The notes: generated from the sequence alone by a model not told the origin. Positions 10,632 to 18,836 are shown, counted from the stretch's first letter. The stretch is DNA of 30,270 nt from a virus (IMGVR_UViG_3300007784_000003:1-30270), one strand, 5' to 3'. Made by a program: numbers and translations.

Positions 10632-10649
10632 CCCCCTCTTCGGAGGGGG
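10632..10649 (+). other. cUUCGg tetraloop hairpin without U-tract
   Basis: CCCCCTC-TTCG-GAGGGGG in the gap between the gp16-like and tail fibre genes. Confidence 0.6.
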
Positions 10650-10676
10650 CATCCCTAATAACAATGGAGTATTCCA

Positions 10677-12092
10677 ATGGCACTTTCTTATGTCACCTAT
10701 GTTGGTGATGGGTCTACGACCAACTTCACTTTCGATAAAGGATATATGGACCAGTCGGATGTGGCGGTGTACGTTGACGGCGTACTCCAGACTGTAACTA
10801 CGGATTACACTTGGTTTAACGCCACGACTGTACAGCTGAACGTGGCAGCTCCACTGGACGATGTGGTCCGGCTGGACCGTACAACTGATAAGGTAAACCG
10901 CGCTGTTGACTTTCAGGACGCGGCCAATTTAACTGAAGCTGACCTTGATGCGTCTGCCCTGCAGCTGTTCTACATAGCGCAGGAAGCCTATGACGACTTC
11001 ACGGACAGTGCGCTTGCACTTGGTGTGACGAACACTTGGGACGCAGACAACAGTATAATTGAGAATGTCCCGACACCTGTGAATGACAACGACGCTGCGA
11101 ACAAGGCTTACGTTGACGACAACAACGCATCATCCAACCTGACTGCTGCACTGGCTGCACAGACGGCGGCTGAAGCTGCACTGGACTCCTTTGATGACCG
11201 TTATCTCGGAACCAAGGCTTCGGACCCTGCGCTTGACAACGATGGTGATGCGCTCGTAGCTGGTGCGCTTTACTTCAACACCGCTGATGGTGCCATGCGC
11301 TTGTATGATGGTGTCCAATGGTCGAATGTCGCAGCCCTTGCCTCGCTGGATACCTACACCTACATTGCCACGGCTTCGCAGACTGCGTTCACTGGAAGTG
11401 ACGACAATGGCAACACCATGGCATTCGGTGCCGATGGTGTCATAGGTGTTACCTTGAATGGTGCGAAGCTACGCGAAGGCGCAACCCATGACTATACCCT
11501 CAACTCCAGTACGAACACGGTTACGCTGAACACTGGCGCAACAGTTGACGACCTTCTGGAAGTTGTTACAGTAACCCCGTTCTCCCTAGCTGAAGGACTA
11601 ACGCAGACCTCAGGTGACGCGAGGTACGTTCGACTGTCCGAGGACCTTTCGGACATCTTCACTCCAACCAAGGGCAACGTGCTGGTAGGCAATGGCACTG
11701 CGTTCGTTGAGGTTGGTGTTGGCTCGAATGACCAAGTACTAACTGCGGACTCTACTGAGGCTGCTGGGGTAAAGTGGGCTACTGGAACTGGTGGCTTCAG
11801 TTCAGGCCAGACGTGGCAGGACGTGTCGGCTTCTCGCACACTGGGCGTCACCTACCAGAACACCACTGGCGCTCCCATCCAAGTATCGGTACAAGTGCAG
11901 ATTCAGGAGCAGACCACAAGTTACGCTTACGTGGGCGTAGGTACTCCTACCACTATTGTGTCCCGACACTACACCAAGTCAAGCAACGCAAACGTTGACG
12001 ACTTCATCATTACTCACACTTTCATCGTCCCCGACAACTGGTACTACAAGGTTGTATCTGGGGTGGAGATTGAGTGGGTAGAACTTCGATAA
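10677..12092 (+). CDS. gp17: Tail fibre protein (T7 gp17-like N-terminal adaptor)
   Basis: N-terminal Y.GDGSTT.F.F...Y....DV.V.VDG...R.T......VDF.D...LTE.DLD....QL.YIAQE matches the T7-type fibre anchor; C-terminal GQTWQDVSASR.LGVTY.NTTG.PI tip-like domain. Confidence 0.88.
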   Translation: MALSYVTYVGDGSTTNFTFDKGYMDQSDVAVYVDGVLQTVTTDYTWFNATTVQLNVAAPLDDVVRLDRTTDKVNRAVDFQDAANLTEADLDASALQLFYIAQEAYDDFTDSALALGVTNTWDADNSIIENVPTPVNDNDAANKAYVDDNNASSNLTAALAAQTAAEAALDSFDDRYLGTKASDPALDNDGDALVAGALYFNTADGAMRLYDGVQWSNVAALASLDTYTYIATASQTAFTGSDDNGNTMAFGADGVIGVTLNGAKLREGATHDYTLNSSTNTVTLNTGATVDDLLEVVTVTPFSLAEGLTQTSGDARYVRLSEDLSDIFTPTKGNVLVGNGTAFVEVGVGSNDQVLTADSTEAAGVKWATGTGGFSSGQTWQDVSASRTLGVTYQNTTGAPIQVSVQVQIQEQTTSYAYVGVGTPTTIVSRHYTKSSNANVDDFIITHTFIVPDNWYYKVVSGVEIEWVELR

Positions 12093-12104
12093 GGGTTAAT
12101 AATA

Positions 12105-12644
12105 ATGGCTGACAGTAAAGCAAGAGAACTAGCAGACAGTGCTGGCGGTGGTGGTGGTGGTACTTCATGGACAGCAGTGGAGACACTGAATCCTTCGAAT
12201 GGTGTGGATAACGCTTTGACAACCACTGCGACTATTCCAGATACAGCTGAAGAGTTCTTGGTTGTCTTTGATGACGCCTCTCACAACTCAGGTGCCAGCG
12301 AGAACTTCTACATCGACTTCCCAGATGTCACGCTAAGTGACGTCGAGGGCTGGACGTACAACAATGCAGGCGCATCTACGGTGTGGAGTGGGTTTGGTTA
12401 TCCCGTCGGACATACATCGACTGGCACGGCTCAGCACGAGATAAGGGTCCATGGCATCCGAATGCCCGGCACCAACAGGTGGAGCGTTACGTGGGACGGT
12501 GCGAACTCGACCGGAACAAACCCACACTACGGGCATGGCAACATGACCTCGAGTGCTTCTGCGCTTGGTGCCGTGAAGGTTGGTATCGAAGACGTAGCTA
12601 TCGAGTTCGACAACAACACCACCATCCACATCGCATACAAGTGA
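12105..12644 (+). CDS. Putative secondary receptor-binding / fibre-associated protein
   Basis: Short SKARELAD N-terminal peptide, Gly6 linker, then a beta-rich Ser/Thr/Gly domain; directly after the tail fibre. Confidence 0.5.
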   Translation: MADSKARELADSAGGGGGGTSWTAVETLNPSNGVDNALTTTATIPDTAEEFLVVFDDASHNSGASENFYIDFPDVTLSDVEGWTYNNAGASTVWSGFGYPVGHTSTGTAQHEIRVHGIRMPGTNRWSVTWDGANSTGTNPHYGHGNMTSSASALGAVKVGIEDVAIEFDNNTTIHIAYK

Positions 12645-12648
12645 TGCC

Positions 12649-12912
12649 ATGGCTAACAACACACAACCCGTTGCTGACCTGCCCACCGAGAATGGTGTCC
12701 GGTTAAACAATGTACTGACAGGTCTCCTCCTTGCTGCTGCCCTTTGGGTTGGCAGCTCGGTGGAGCAGCTCAAGGAAGCCGTGGTCATCCTAGCCACTCA
12801 GCAGGTACACAATGAGAAAGCTCTGGTAGCCCTCGAGGAAGACATCGAGGACAACATAGGCCGCATCACGGTACTCGAGCGGTTTCACCCGGAGTTCTTT
12901 GGAGGGAAGTAG
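12649..12912 (+). CDS. Small membrane protein (one TM helix plus coiled coil), holin-position gene
   Basis: Hydrophobic VLTGLLLAAALWVG followed by heptad-like segment; occupies the T7 gene 17.5 position. Confidence 0.45.
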   Translation: MANNTQPVADLPTENGVRLNNVLTGLLLAAALWVGSSVEQLKEAVVILATQQVHNEKALVALEEDIEDNIGRITVLERFHPEFFGGK

Positions 12913-12913
12913 C

Positions 12914-13171
12914 ATGAGCGATAACAAAGCAAGTTTGGAATTGATGGAGAAACTGCACGGTAAGCTGGCGAAGAAGTACCTCGACATACTGGAGAATACC
13001 CCGCTCGAGGAAATGTCGCCTGCTTACCTGACTTCCATCAGCAAGTTCCTCAAGGATAACCGCATCGAAGCCGGTGTCGGCAACGCAGACATGACCGACC
13101 TCGAGAAAGCCATGCAGGACATGCAGGACATGCCGTATGACGGTGAAGTCCCTGCTGAGTACAAGAACTAA
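12914..13171 (+). CDS. gp18: Terminase small subunit (T7 gp18-like)
   Basis: LH..LA.... and SPA.L.....FLKDN.I motifs; GGAGG RBS supports ATG 12914 over the ORF-track start. Confidence 0.8.
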   Translation: MSDNKASLELMEKLHGKLAKKYLDILENTPLEEMSPAYLTSISKFLKDNRIEAGVGNADMTDLEKAMQDMQDMPYDGEVPAEYKN

Positions 13172-14862
13172 TGAGTGACATCGCAAGGGTTAAATCTTCC
13201 TTTGCGAACTTCTTGTACCTCGTCTGGCGACACCTAGAGCTGCCGAATCCAACCCCAATGCAGTACGAGATAGCTAACTATCTACAGTATGGGGACCGGC
13301 GCTGCATGGTGCAGGCTTTCCGAGGCATCGGCAAAAGCTGGATTACCGCTGCCTTCGTATTGTGGTTACTTTTTAATGACCCCCAGTTGAAGATACTGGT
13401 GGTGTCAGCTTCACAGGATAGGTCAGAGGCGTTCTCGGCATTCGTCAAGAGGTTGATTCATGACATGCCGATACTCGCGCACCTGCAGCCAGGAGAAGGG
13501 CAGCGGGACTCTGTAGTGAAGTTTGATGTTGGTCCTGCGCGTCCTGCTCAGGCACCATCCGTCAAGTGCGTGGGAATCACCGGTCAGATGACCGGCTCCC
13601 GCGCTGACGTAATCATTGCGGACGATGTCGAGGTTCCAAAGAACTCGATGACCCAGTTGATGCGTGACCGGCTGGCTGAATCCATTAAGGAATTCTCATC
13701 CATCCTCACGACCAACCGGGATAAGAACAGGATCATCTATCTGGGCACACCCCAGACTGAGATGTCCATTTACCAAGTACTGCCGAGCCGTGGGTTCAAC
13801 GTGCGCACATGGACTGCGCGTGTCCCTGAAGGCGAGCAGAGAGATAGACTGAGTGTCACACTGGCACCATCCATCCTTGAGATGAAGAAGGGCGGAGCCC
13901 CGACTGACACTCGGTTCACCGACGACGACCTCGCCGAACGTGAAGCCGAGTATGGACGCTCGGGGTTTGCCCTGCAGTTCATGCTCGACACCAACCTGAG
14001 CGATGCCGACCGGTATCCCCTCAAGCTCTCCGACCTGATTGTCCACGACATCGATGTGGACCAAGCACCAGTACGCATGGTGTGGGGCTCAGGGCCTGAC
14101 CAAGTGGTAGACAACCTGAATGCCTTGGGCCTGACCGGTGACAGATACCACAGGCCAATCAAGGTGGCAGACGACTGGACCGACTATACGGGTTCCGTCA
14201 TGTTCATCGACCCCTCAGGCCGAGGCGCGGACGAGACGTCCTTTGCTGTGGTGAAGTATTGCTATGGCACGCTGTACCTGACGCGCGTAGGAGGCTTTAA
14301 GGATGGCTATGGTCCGACCACACTGGATGCGCTGGCCCGAGTGGCCAAGACAGAGAAGGTCAACCTGTGCATCGTCGAGCCGAACTATGGCGGCGGCATG
14401 TTCAACGAGCTGTTCAAGCCGGTCCTGCAGGACGTCTACTCTGCCTGCAAGGTGGACGAAGCCCCATGGTCGAAAGGCCAGAAGGAGCTGAGGATCATCG
14501 ACACGCTTGAGCCGGTCATGAACCAGCACAGGCTTGTGGTGTCCCCGAAGGTCATCGAAGACGACTACCGGGCGGCACAGGCGGACTCGTCGTCCCTGCA
14601 GTACTCAGTGTTCTACCAGATGACCCGCATCACCAAGGAGCGTGGAGCCCTAGCACATGACGACCGCATCGAAGCGGTTGCCGGCGCTGTGTACTACTGG
14701 GTCGAGCGTATGGCCAAGGACACACGGAAGGTGGAGCAGGAGCACAAGAACAAGCTACTGGACAAGGAACTTAAGACGTTCAAGAAGCATGCCTTGCGCA
14801 CACACACCCTGCCCAATTCGGGCAGACCCAAACCCAAGTCCTTGTTGAGGACAAGGAGATAG
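13171..14862 (+). CDS. gp19: Terminase large subunit (T7 gp19-like)
   Basis: QAFRGIGKSWIT Walker A, TGSRAD.IIADDVE Walker B, YLGTPQT, IDPSGRG.DET nuclease motif, HDDR. Confidence 0.96.
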   Translation: MSDIARVKSSFANFLYLVWRHLELPNPTPMQYEIANYLQYGDRRCMVQAFRGIGKSWITAAFVLWLLFNDPQLKILVVSASQDRSEAFSAFVKRLIHDMPILAHLQPGEGQRDSVVKFDVGPARPAQAPSVKCVGITGQMTGSRADVIIADDVEVPKNSMTQLMRDRLAESIKEFSSILTTNRDKNRIIYLGTPQTEMSIYQVLPSRGFNVRTWTARVPEGEQRDRLSVTLAPSILEMKKGGAPTDTRFTDDDLAEREAEYGRSGFALQFMLDTNLSDADRYPLKLSDLIVHDIDVDQAPVRMVWGSGPDQVVDNLNALGLTGDRYHRPIKVADDWTDYTGSVMFIDPSGRGADETSFAVVKYCYGTLYLTRVGGFKDGYGPTTLDALARVAKTEKVNLCIVEPNYGGGMFNELFKPVLQDVYSACKVDEAPWSKGQKELRIIDTLEPVMNQHRLVVSPKVIEDDYRAAQADSSSLQYSVFYQMTRITKERGALAHDDRIEAVAGAVYYWVERMAKDTRKVEQEHKNKLLDKELKTFKKHALRTHTLPNSGRPKPKSLLRTRR

Positions 14863-14863
14863 T

Positions 14864-15637
14864 ATGTCAATACTGAATGCCGAGGAGTTCAAGGCCAGTA
14901 ACCTCAAGCTGGCCATCGCTGCCGGAAAGGTTCCCGGCTGGCGAGCCTTCCGGAAGTTTGGGATGAACCCTGACGCCGACGCTGGGACCGAAGAGATGTG
15001 GCCACCGGGCACCATCAGGGTTCTCCCATCAGCCGCTGCCGTGGCATCCGTGGTGTCCGATAACGTCAATGATGATGCTGCGGGCACCGGCCTGCACACC
15101 TTGCGGGTTGAGGGGCTGGACGTGAACTATGAGGAAGTGGGCGAGACTGTCTCCATGGATGGCACCACCCCCGTGAATACGACTCAGGAGTTCCTCCGGG
15201 TTCACCGAGCCTACTCAGTTGAGGCTGGAGCCGATGGTCTGAACGATGGCAACATCAGCATCTCTGTTGGTGGTGACCTTCAGTCGTACATTGAGGCCGG
15301 CGAGGGCCAGACACACCAGACTCACTACACGGTCCCCGCCGATACTACTTTGTTCGTTGACCACTACGCACTGAGTGCTGGCCGTCAGGGTGCGGCTGAC
15401 CTCGCTATCCTGGCCCAGATACGTCTGTTGGGCTCGAACGCATGGCGTACCATCAGTGACATCAACGTCTACGAGGGCAACTACACGAACGACAAGAGTA
15501 TCACCATCATCCCCGCGAAGACTGAGGTACGCCAGAGGATCGTCTCCACAGCTAACAACGTGCAGGCCTCTAGTGTGTTCAGTGGCTATCTGGTCGACAA
15601 CGACTTCCTTAATACAGTACGGGTGGACTACCTATGA
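14864..15637 (+). CDS. Hypothetical beta-rich protein, possibly virion-associated
   Basis: AAGGAG RBS; 257 aa; KFG.NPD and S....DD.AGTG motifs; acidic and beta-strand-rich. Confidence 0.55.
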   Translation: MSILNAEEFKASNLKLAIAAGKVPGWRAFRKFGMNPDADAGTEEMWPPGTIRVLPSAAAVASVVSDNVNDDAAGTGLHTLRVEGLDVNYEEVGETVSMDGTTPVNTTQEFLRVHRAYSVEAGADGLNDGNISISVGGDLQSYIEAGEGQTHQTHYTVPADTTLFVDHYALSAGRQGAADLAILAQIRLLGSNAWRTISDINVYEGNYTNDKSITIIPAKTEVRQRIVSTANNVQASSVFSGYLVDNDFLNTVRVDYL

Positions 15638-15729
15638 AGAAGAAACTGTCACTGATGGCACGCATCCGGATCCTGCTGAAGAGGCCTCGGACTTTGCAAG
15701 AGGCTAAGCGAATAGTCCGGAGGAAGTAA
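15634..15729 (+). CDS. 31-aa highly basic peptide (MKKKLSLMARIRILLKRPRTLQEAKRIVRRK)
   Basis: ATGA overlap with the upstream stop and ends 1 nt before the next ATG, filling the gap exactly; not in the ORF track. Confidence 0.6.
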   Translation: MKKKLSLMARIRILLKRPRTLQEAKRIVRRK

Positions 15730-15730
15730 C

Positions 15731-16159
15731 ATGACCACCATAGTGTGCAACCGCGAGATAATGGCAGGGGACACACTTCTTGTCTCTGATACGTGCGCTA
15801 CGGCCACAAAGGTGTTCAAGCACAAGGGTGCCTGCATTGGAATCGCAGGGTCATACATCGAGTGCATGGAGTTTGTCCGGTGGTGGAAAGCGGGGGCCAA
15901 GGACGAGCCCCCTGAGATGCAGGAAGTGGACGCACTGGTGCTGACCAAGGATGGACGCATACTGATGTTCAACCAGCACACTGCGTTCTTCGAGCTTGAG
16001 GATGAGTTCGCAGCAATCGGCTCTGGAGGGGCAGCTGCTTTGGGTGCCATGCACCACGGAGCCTCCCCCAAGGAAGCCATCATTATCGCCGGTAGGGTCG
16101 ACCCCAGTACCGGTGGCAAACCAACAATTCGACGTCGAGGAAAGACGAATGCCGACTGA
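15731..16159 (+). CDS. HslV / proteasome-beta-like Ntn threonine hydrolase
   Basis: M-T-T-I start, then GD, TKVF, GIAGS, AIGSGG..ALGAM and DPSTGG in the order of the Thr1/Asp17/Lys33/Gly47/Ser129/Asp166 elements of beta subunits; GGAGG RBS. Confidence 0.8.
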   Translation: MTTIVCNREIMAGDTLLVSDTCATATKVFKHKGACIGIAGSYIECMEFVRWWKAGAKDEPPEMQEVDALVLTKDGRILMFNQHTAFFELEDEFAAIGSGGAAALGAMHHGASPKEAIIIAGRVDPSTGGKPTIRRRGKTNAD

Positions 16160-16322
16160 TGCAGAATACGAAGCCGCCATGAGGCGTGTCTACGGTGAGA
16201 CCGAAGAGGACAAGAAGGACAAGAAGAAGAAGAAGAAAAAGAAGACGTCTCCCGACCTGACCATCAAGGGCTCCGTCTCCCAGAAAGCCCGCAAGCGCCT
16301 GCAGATAATGGAGGACCTCTAA
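16149..16322 (+). CDS. 57-aa Lys-rich hypothetical protein
   Basis: GAGG RBS before ATG 16149; poly-Lys tract plus DLTIKGSV motif shared with the next ORF. Confidence 0.65.
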   Translation: MPTDAEYEAAMRRVYGETEEDKKDKKKKKKKKTSPDLTIKGSVSQKARKRLQIMEDL

Positions 16323-16519
16323 TGCCCAAGCGCCAACTAGACAAGCCGCTCACCATCTCTGACCTAGCCAAGATGACCGGGGGCAAGAAGGAATCGGCTT
16401 ACTCCGCACCAAAGCCGAAGAAGGACAAGAAGAAGAAGAAACCCACCAGTGACCTTAGCATCGGTGGAGCTGTTAAGAACATTCGAGAGAGGATCAAGAA
16501 TAATGAGTCTCCTAACTAA
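16322..16519 (+). CDS. 65-aa Lys-rich hypothetical protein (partial paralogue of the previous ORF)
   Basis: TAATG overlap, GGAGG RBS; KKDKKKKK..SDLSIGGAV. Confidence 0.65.
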   Translation: MPKRQLDKPLTISDLAKMTGGKKESAYSAPKPKKDKKKKKPTSDLSIGGAVKNIRERIKNNESPN

Positions 16520-17279
16520 GCAAACCAAGAGTCTGCTGGGAGTTGGCGAAGGGTCCATTCAGGACTTTGCTGCTGGTGTCCGTACTCGCCGGAAGGGATC
16601 CAAAGGTCTGAGCCGTGAGGAAGCCTTGGCACAGGCGACAGCTTCCGAAGGACAGGACGCCCGCCTAAGGCACTCCGGTGACCTGCAGCCTAAGCATGAC
16701 CCGAAGAAGACTCAGGGTGCCGAGCTGATGTTGACCACCAACGACAGAGACTTCATCGTCAAAGCCCGGGAACTCGAGCAGAAGATTGTCGAGCGACAGG
16801 GCCAGGACATTGGTAAGAACGCCACCAAGCGCCTCAAGCAGGAAGTGAAGGGGTTACTCGAGCTGGCGTCAGCCTCGTCTCGTGGGGGCCTTGAGGACGT
16901 CTGGGCTGAGACCTATGACCGCATCAAGAATGCCTCAGGCCGCATTGCGCCGGGCGGACTGGTCAAGCTGAAGTCATCCTTCAGTAAAGCCATGGAGTCC
17001 ACCAACAAGGTGCTGAATACCAACATCGACATCGACACCTACAAGTTCGATGACCCCGGTAGAGTTGCCGGCCAGCTGCGTAGTGGAGCCAAAGCCGAGA
17101 AGTCATACTCCAAGAATGCCCGCAGGCAGACCAAGGAAGGCGTCACGAAGACCGCTGTTAACTTCTGGGAGAACCCTGATTACACCCGGGCTGAGTTCAT
17201 GGACCAGCTCACTGTGGGCTCGAGGCGAACCCGTACAGGTTCCAGAGCCTTGAGTATCCGTGATCGATTCTCCAGTTGA
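16503..17279 (+). CDS. Basic, helical hypothetical protein (258 aa), last late gene
   Basis: GAGAGGA RBS before ATG 16503; codon usage resembles neighbouring genes. Confidence 0.7.
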   Translation: MSLLTKQTKSLLGVGEGSIQDFAAGVRTRRKGSKGLSREEALAQATASEGQDARLRHSGDLQPKHDPKKTQGAELMLTTNDRDFIVKARELEQKIVERQGQDIGKNATKRLKQEVKGLLELASASSRGGLEDVWAETYDRIKNASGRIAPGGLVKLKSSFSKAMESTNKVLNTNIDIDTYKFDDPGRVAGQLRSGAKAEKSYSKNARRQTKEGVTKTAVNFWENPDYTRAEFMDQLTVGSRRTRTGSRALSIRDRFSS

Positions 17280-17351
17280 CCGACCGGTCAAACCCAATGT
17301 TCACTCGGGGCTCCTGTTCATTATTAATGGACGGGGGCTCTGGGTGTACGC

Positions 17352-17410
17352 GTGGTTCAGAGGCAGTGGTTCAGAGGCAGGGGCTGTGAGAGGCTGTGAG
17401 AGGCTCTGTG
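17352..17410 (+). repeat. Short tandem repeats: 2x GTGGTTCAGAGGCA and 2x GGCTGTGAGA plus a partial copy
   Basis: Read directly; AGAGGC occurs four times. Confidence 0.85.
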
Positions 17411-17605
17411 GGACGCGCAGGGCTTGGCCTATGCCAACGTACTGGTGCTGAGAGTATCCAGCTTGTGGGACGGCTGGTGTGACGCAGGGTCCAAATATTT
17501 CACAGCGATTATGTCAGACCCCATTAGATTAAAGTCTTGGCCAGGTTCCCCCGTAGGGGTGCCCAGCTCGCGGGCGCGCGGCTCAGTTTGGTGACACAGG
17601 TGCTT

Positions 17606-17689
17606 GCTAAGTGATTGATTTGCAAGGGGACACCGTCGGATATGTAATCTGATTCGGCAGGCTTGGCCTAATGAAATCAAGCACTTAGC
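17606..17689. repeat. 16-bp inverted repeat with 52-bp spacer
   Basis: GCTAAGTGATTGATTT (17606-17621) vs AAATCAAGCACTTAGC (17674-17689), one mismatch. Confidence 0.85.
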
Positions 17690-17789
17690 CCAATGTGCAT
17701 ATATTAGTACGCCTGGGTGCGCGCGCGCGTGTGTGCGCGTGTCTCGCTTAGGGTGTATCAGTCTTTTTTTGCTCCCAGCAGGGCGATAT

Positions 17790-17818
17790 TTGACATATCC
17801 GGGACAATGGGTCACTAT
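17790..17818 (+). promoter_or_regulatory. Sigma70-type early promoter 1
   Basis: TTGACA-17 bp-CACTAT, ~35 nt upstream of the first early gene. Confidence 0.7.
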
Positions 17819-17852
17819 GAACTCTCATTCATCGCAACACAGGAATACGAAC

Positions 17853-18563
17853 ATGACTGGATACGTACTTTTCGAAGGACCTAGCGAATTAGACGGCGCT
17901 CCCATAGTGGTTATAGCTACGGACAATAGCGGCAACCGGAAAACAGGGAGCATGGTCCAAACATGGATACTGCGAGCTGATATTGAACCACATACCGCTC
18001 TGAAAACAGGTGATGATTCTAGCGTATGCGGGGATTGCCCACACCGCCCTGCAAACCATGGCGCATGCTACGTCACTGTGTTTCAGGCTCCACTAGCAGT
18101 GTACCGGGCATACAAGCGGGGAAGCTACACACCACACAAGCGGGGACAATTCGCCGGCCGGATGGTCCGCATAGGCTCATACGGGGATCCTGCAGCTGTC
18201 CCGCTCGAGGTATGGGAAGCATACACTGACGGCGCTGCAGGCATGACTGGATATTCACACCAGTGGAAGAATGCTGATAAGGGATTGTCCGCCTATTGTA
18301 TGGCCAGCTGCGATACTCCCGACGAACGCGAGCTGGCGGTATCCATGGGGTGGCGGACATTCCGCGTTAGGCTTGCCAATGAGCCTGTACTGCAGGGCGA
18401 GGCGGTATGCCCTGCCAGTCATGAAGCGGGGAATAAGCTTACTTGCGACAAATGCAAGGCCTGCAGCGGCACTACAGGGCATAGGAGCCTGTCAGGGATT
18501 GCCATTGTTGCGCATGGGGCGGCAGGCAAGGTAAACGCCTATAACGCCATGCGGGCGGTCTAA
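17853..18563 (+). CDS. Cys-rich hypothetical enzyme (Gp88-like / possible Fe-S protein)
   Basis: AGGA RBS before ATG 17853; N.KTG, CGDCPHR.....CYV, RIGSYGD, GYSHQW, CPA.......CDKCKAC motifs. Confidence 0.6.
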   Translation: MTGYVLFEGPSELDGAPIVVIATDNSGNRKTGSMVQTWILRADIEPHTALKTGDDSSVCGDCPHRPANHGACYVTVFQAPLAVYRAYKRGSYTPHKRGQFAGRMVRIGSYGDPAAVPLEVWEAYTDGAAGMTGYSHQWKNADKGLSAYCMASCDTPDERELAVSMGWRTFRVRLANEPVLQGEAVCPASHEAGNKLTCDKCKACSGTTGHRSLSGIAIVAHGAAGKVNAYNAMRAV

Positions 18564-18581
18564 GGCTCCCACATAGGGGAA

Positions 18582-18640
18582 TGTTCCAGTGTATGACCAT
18601 GTCCGTACGAGTGGTCATAAGCGGGGATGAACCCGGAACA
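18582..18640 (+). other. Intergenic stem-loop, RNase III-site-like
   Basis: TATGACCAT/GTGGTCATA stem that extends with mismatches; outer TGTTCC/GGAACA pairing is also possible. Lies between early genes, as the T7 R sites do. Confidence 0.45.
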
Positions 18641-18662
18641 CCAACACAGCGAGGTATTGACC

Positions 18663-18836
18663 ATGTATGAATTTGAACTGAGAACCGATACAACCGGGCA
18701 CCGCTATATCGCTATTACACGCGACGGGTATGTGGTCCAGCGTCTGGACTATGCCACGGAAACTGAGGCGGCAACTCTCGTTGATAGCTGGAACCATGCC
18801 AACGTCCAGCCTGTATACAACACTTTTGGCTACTGA
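18663..18836 (+). CDS. Hypothetical early protein (57 aa)
   Basis: GAGGT RBS before ATG 18663. Confidence 0.65.
   Translation: MYEFELRTDTTGHRYIAITRDGYVVQRLDYATETEAATLVDSWNHANVQPVYNTFGY

Larger units (their letters stand above)
17280..17789. other. Non-coding late-to-early junction, probable terminal-repeat / genome-end region
   Basis: Gene order switches from post-terminase genes to early genes; the segment is dense in short repeats and palindromes and has no credible ORF. Confidence 0.65.

Noticed and set aside
17352-17410. Repeats as a CRISPR array
   Set aside because: Units are 10-14 bp, tandem and have no spacers; no cas genes are present.
17260-17815. ORFs 17260-17451 (+) and 17429-17815 (-)
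   Set aside because: They run through repeats and palindromes, lack an RBS and have no protein-like features.
17733-17852. ORF-track N-terminal extension of the first early gene
   Set aside because: It spans the promoter; the RBS supports ATG 17853.
18582-18640. Three-stem junction as a hammerhead ribozyme
   Set aside because: Lacks the CUGANGA and GAAA core.
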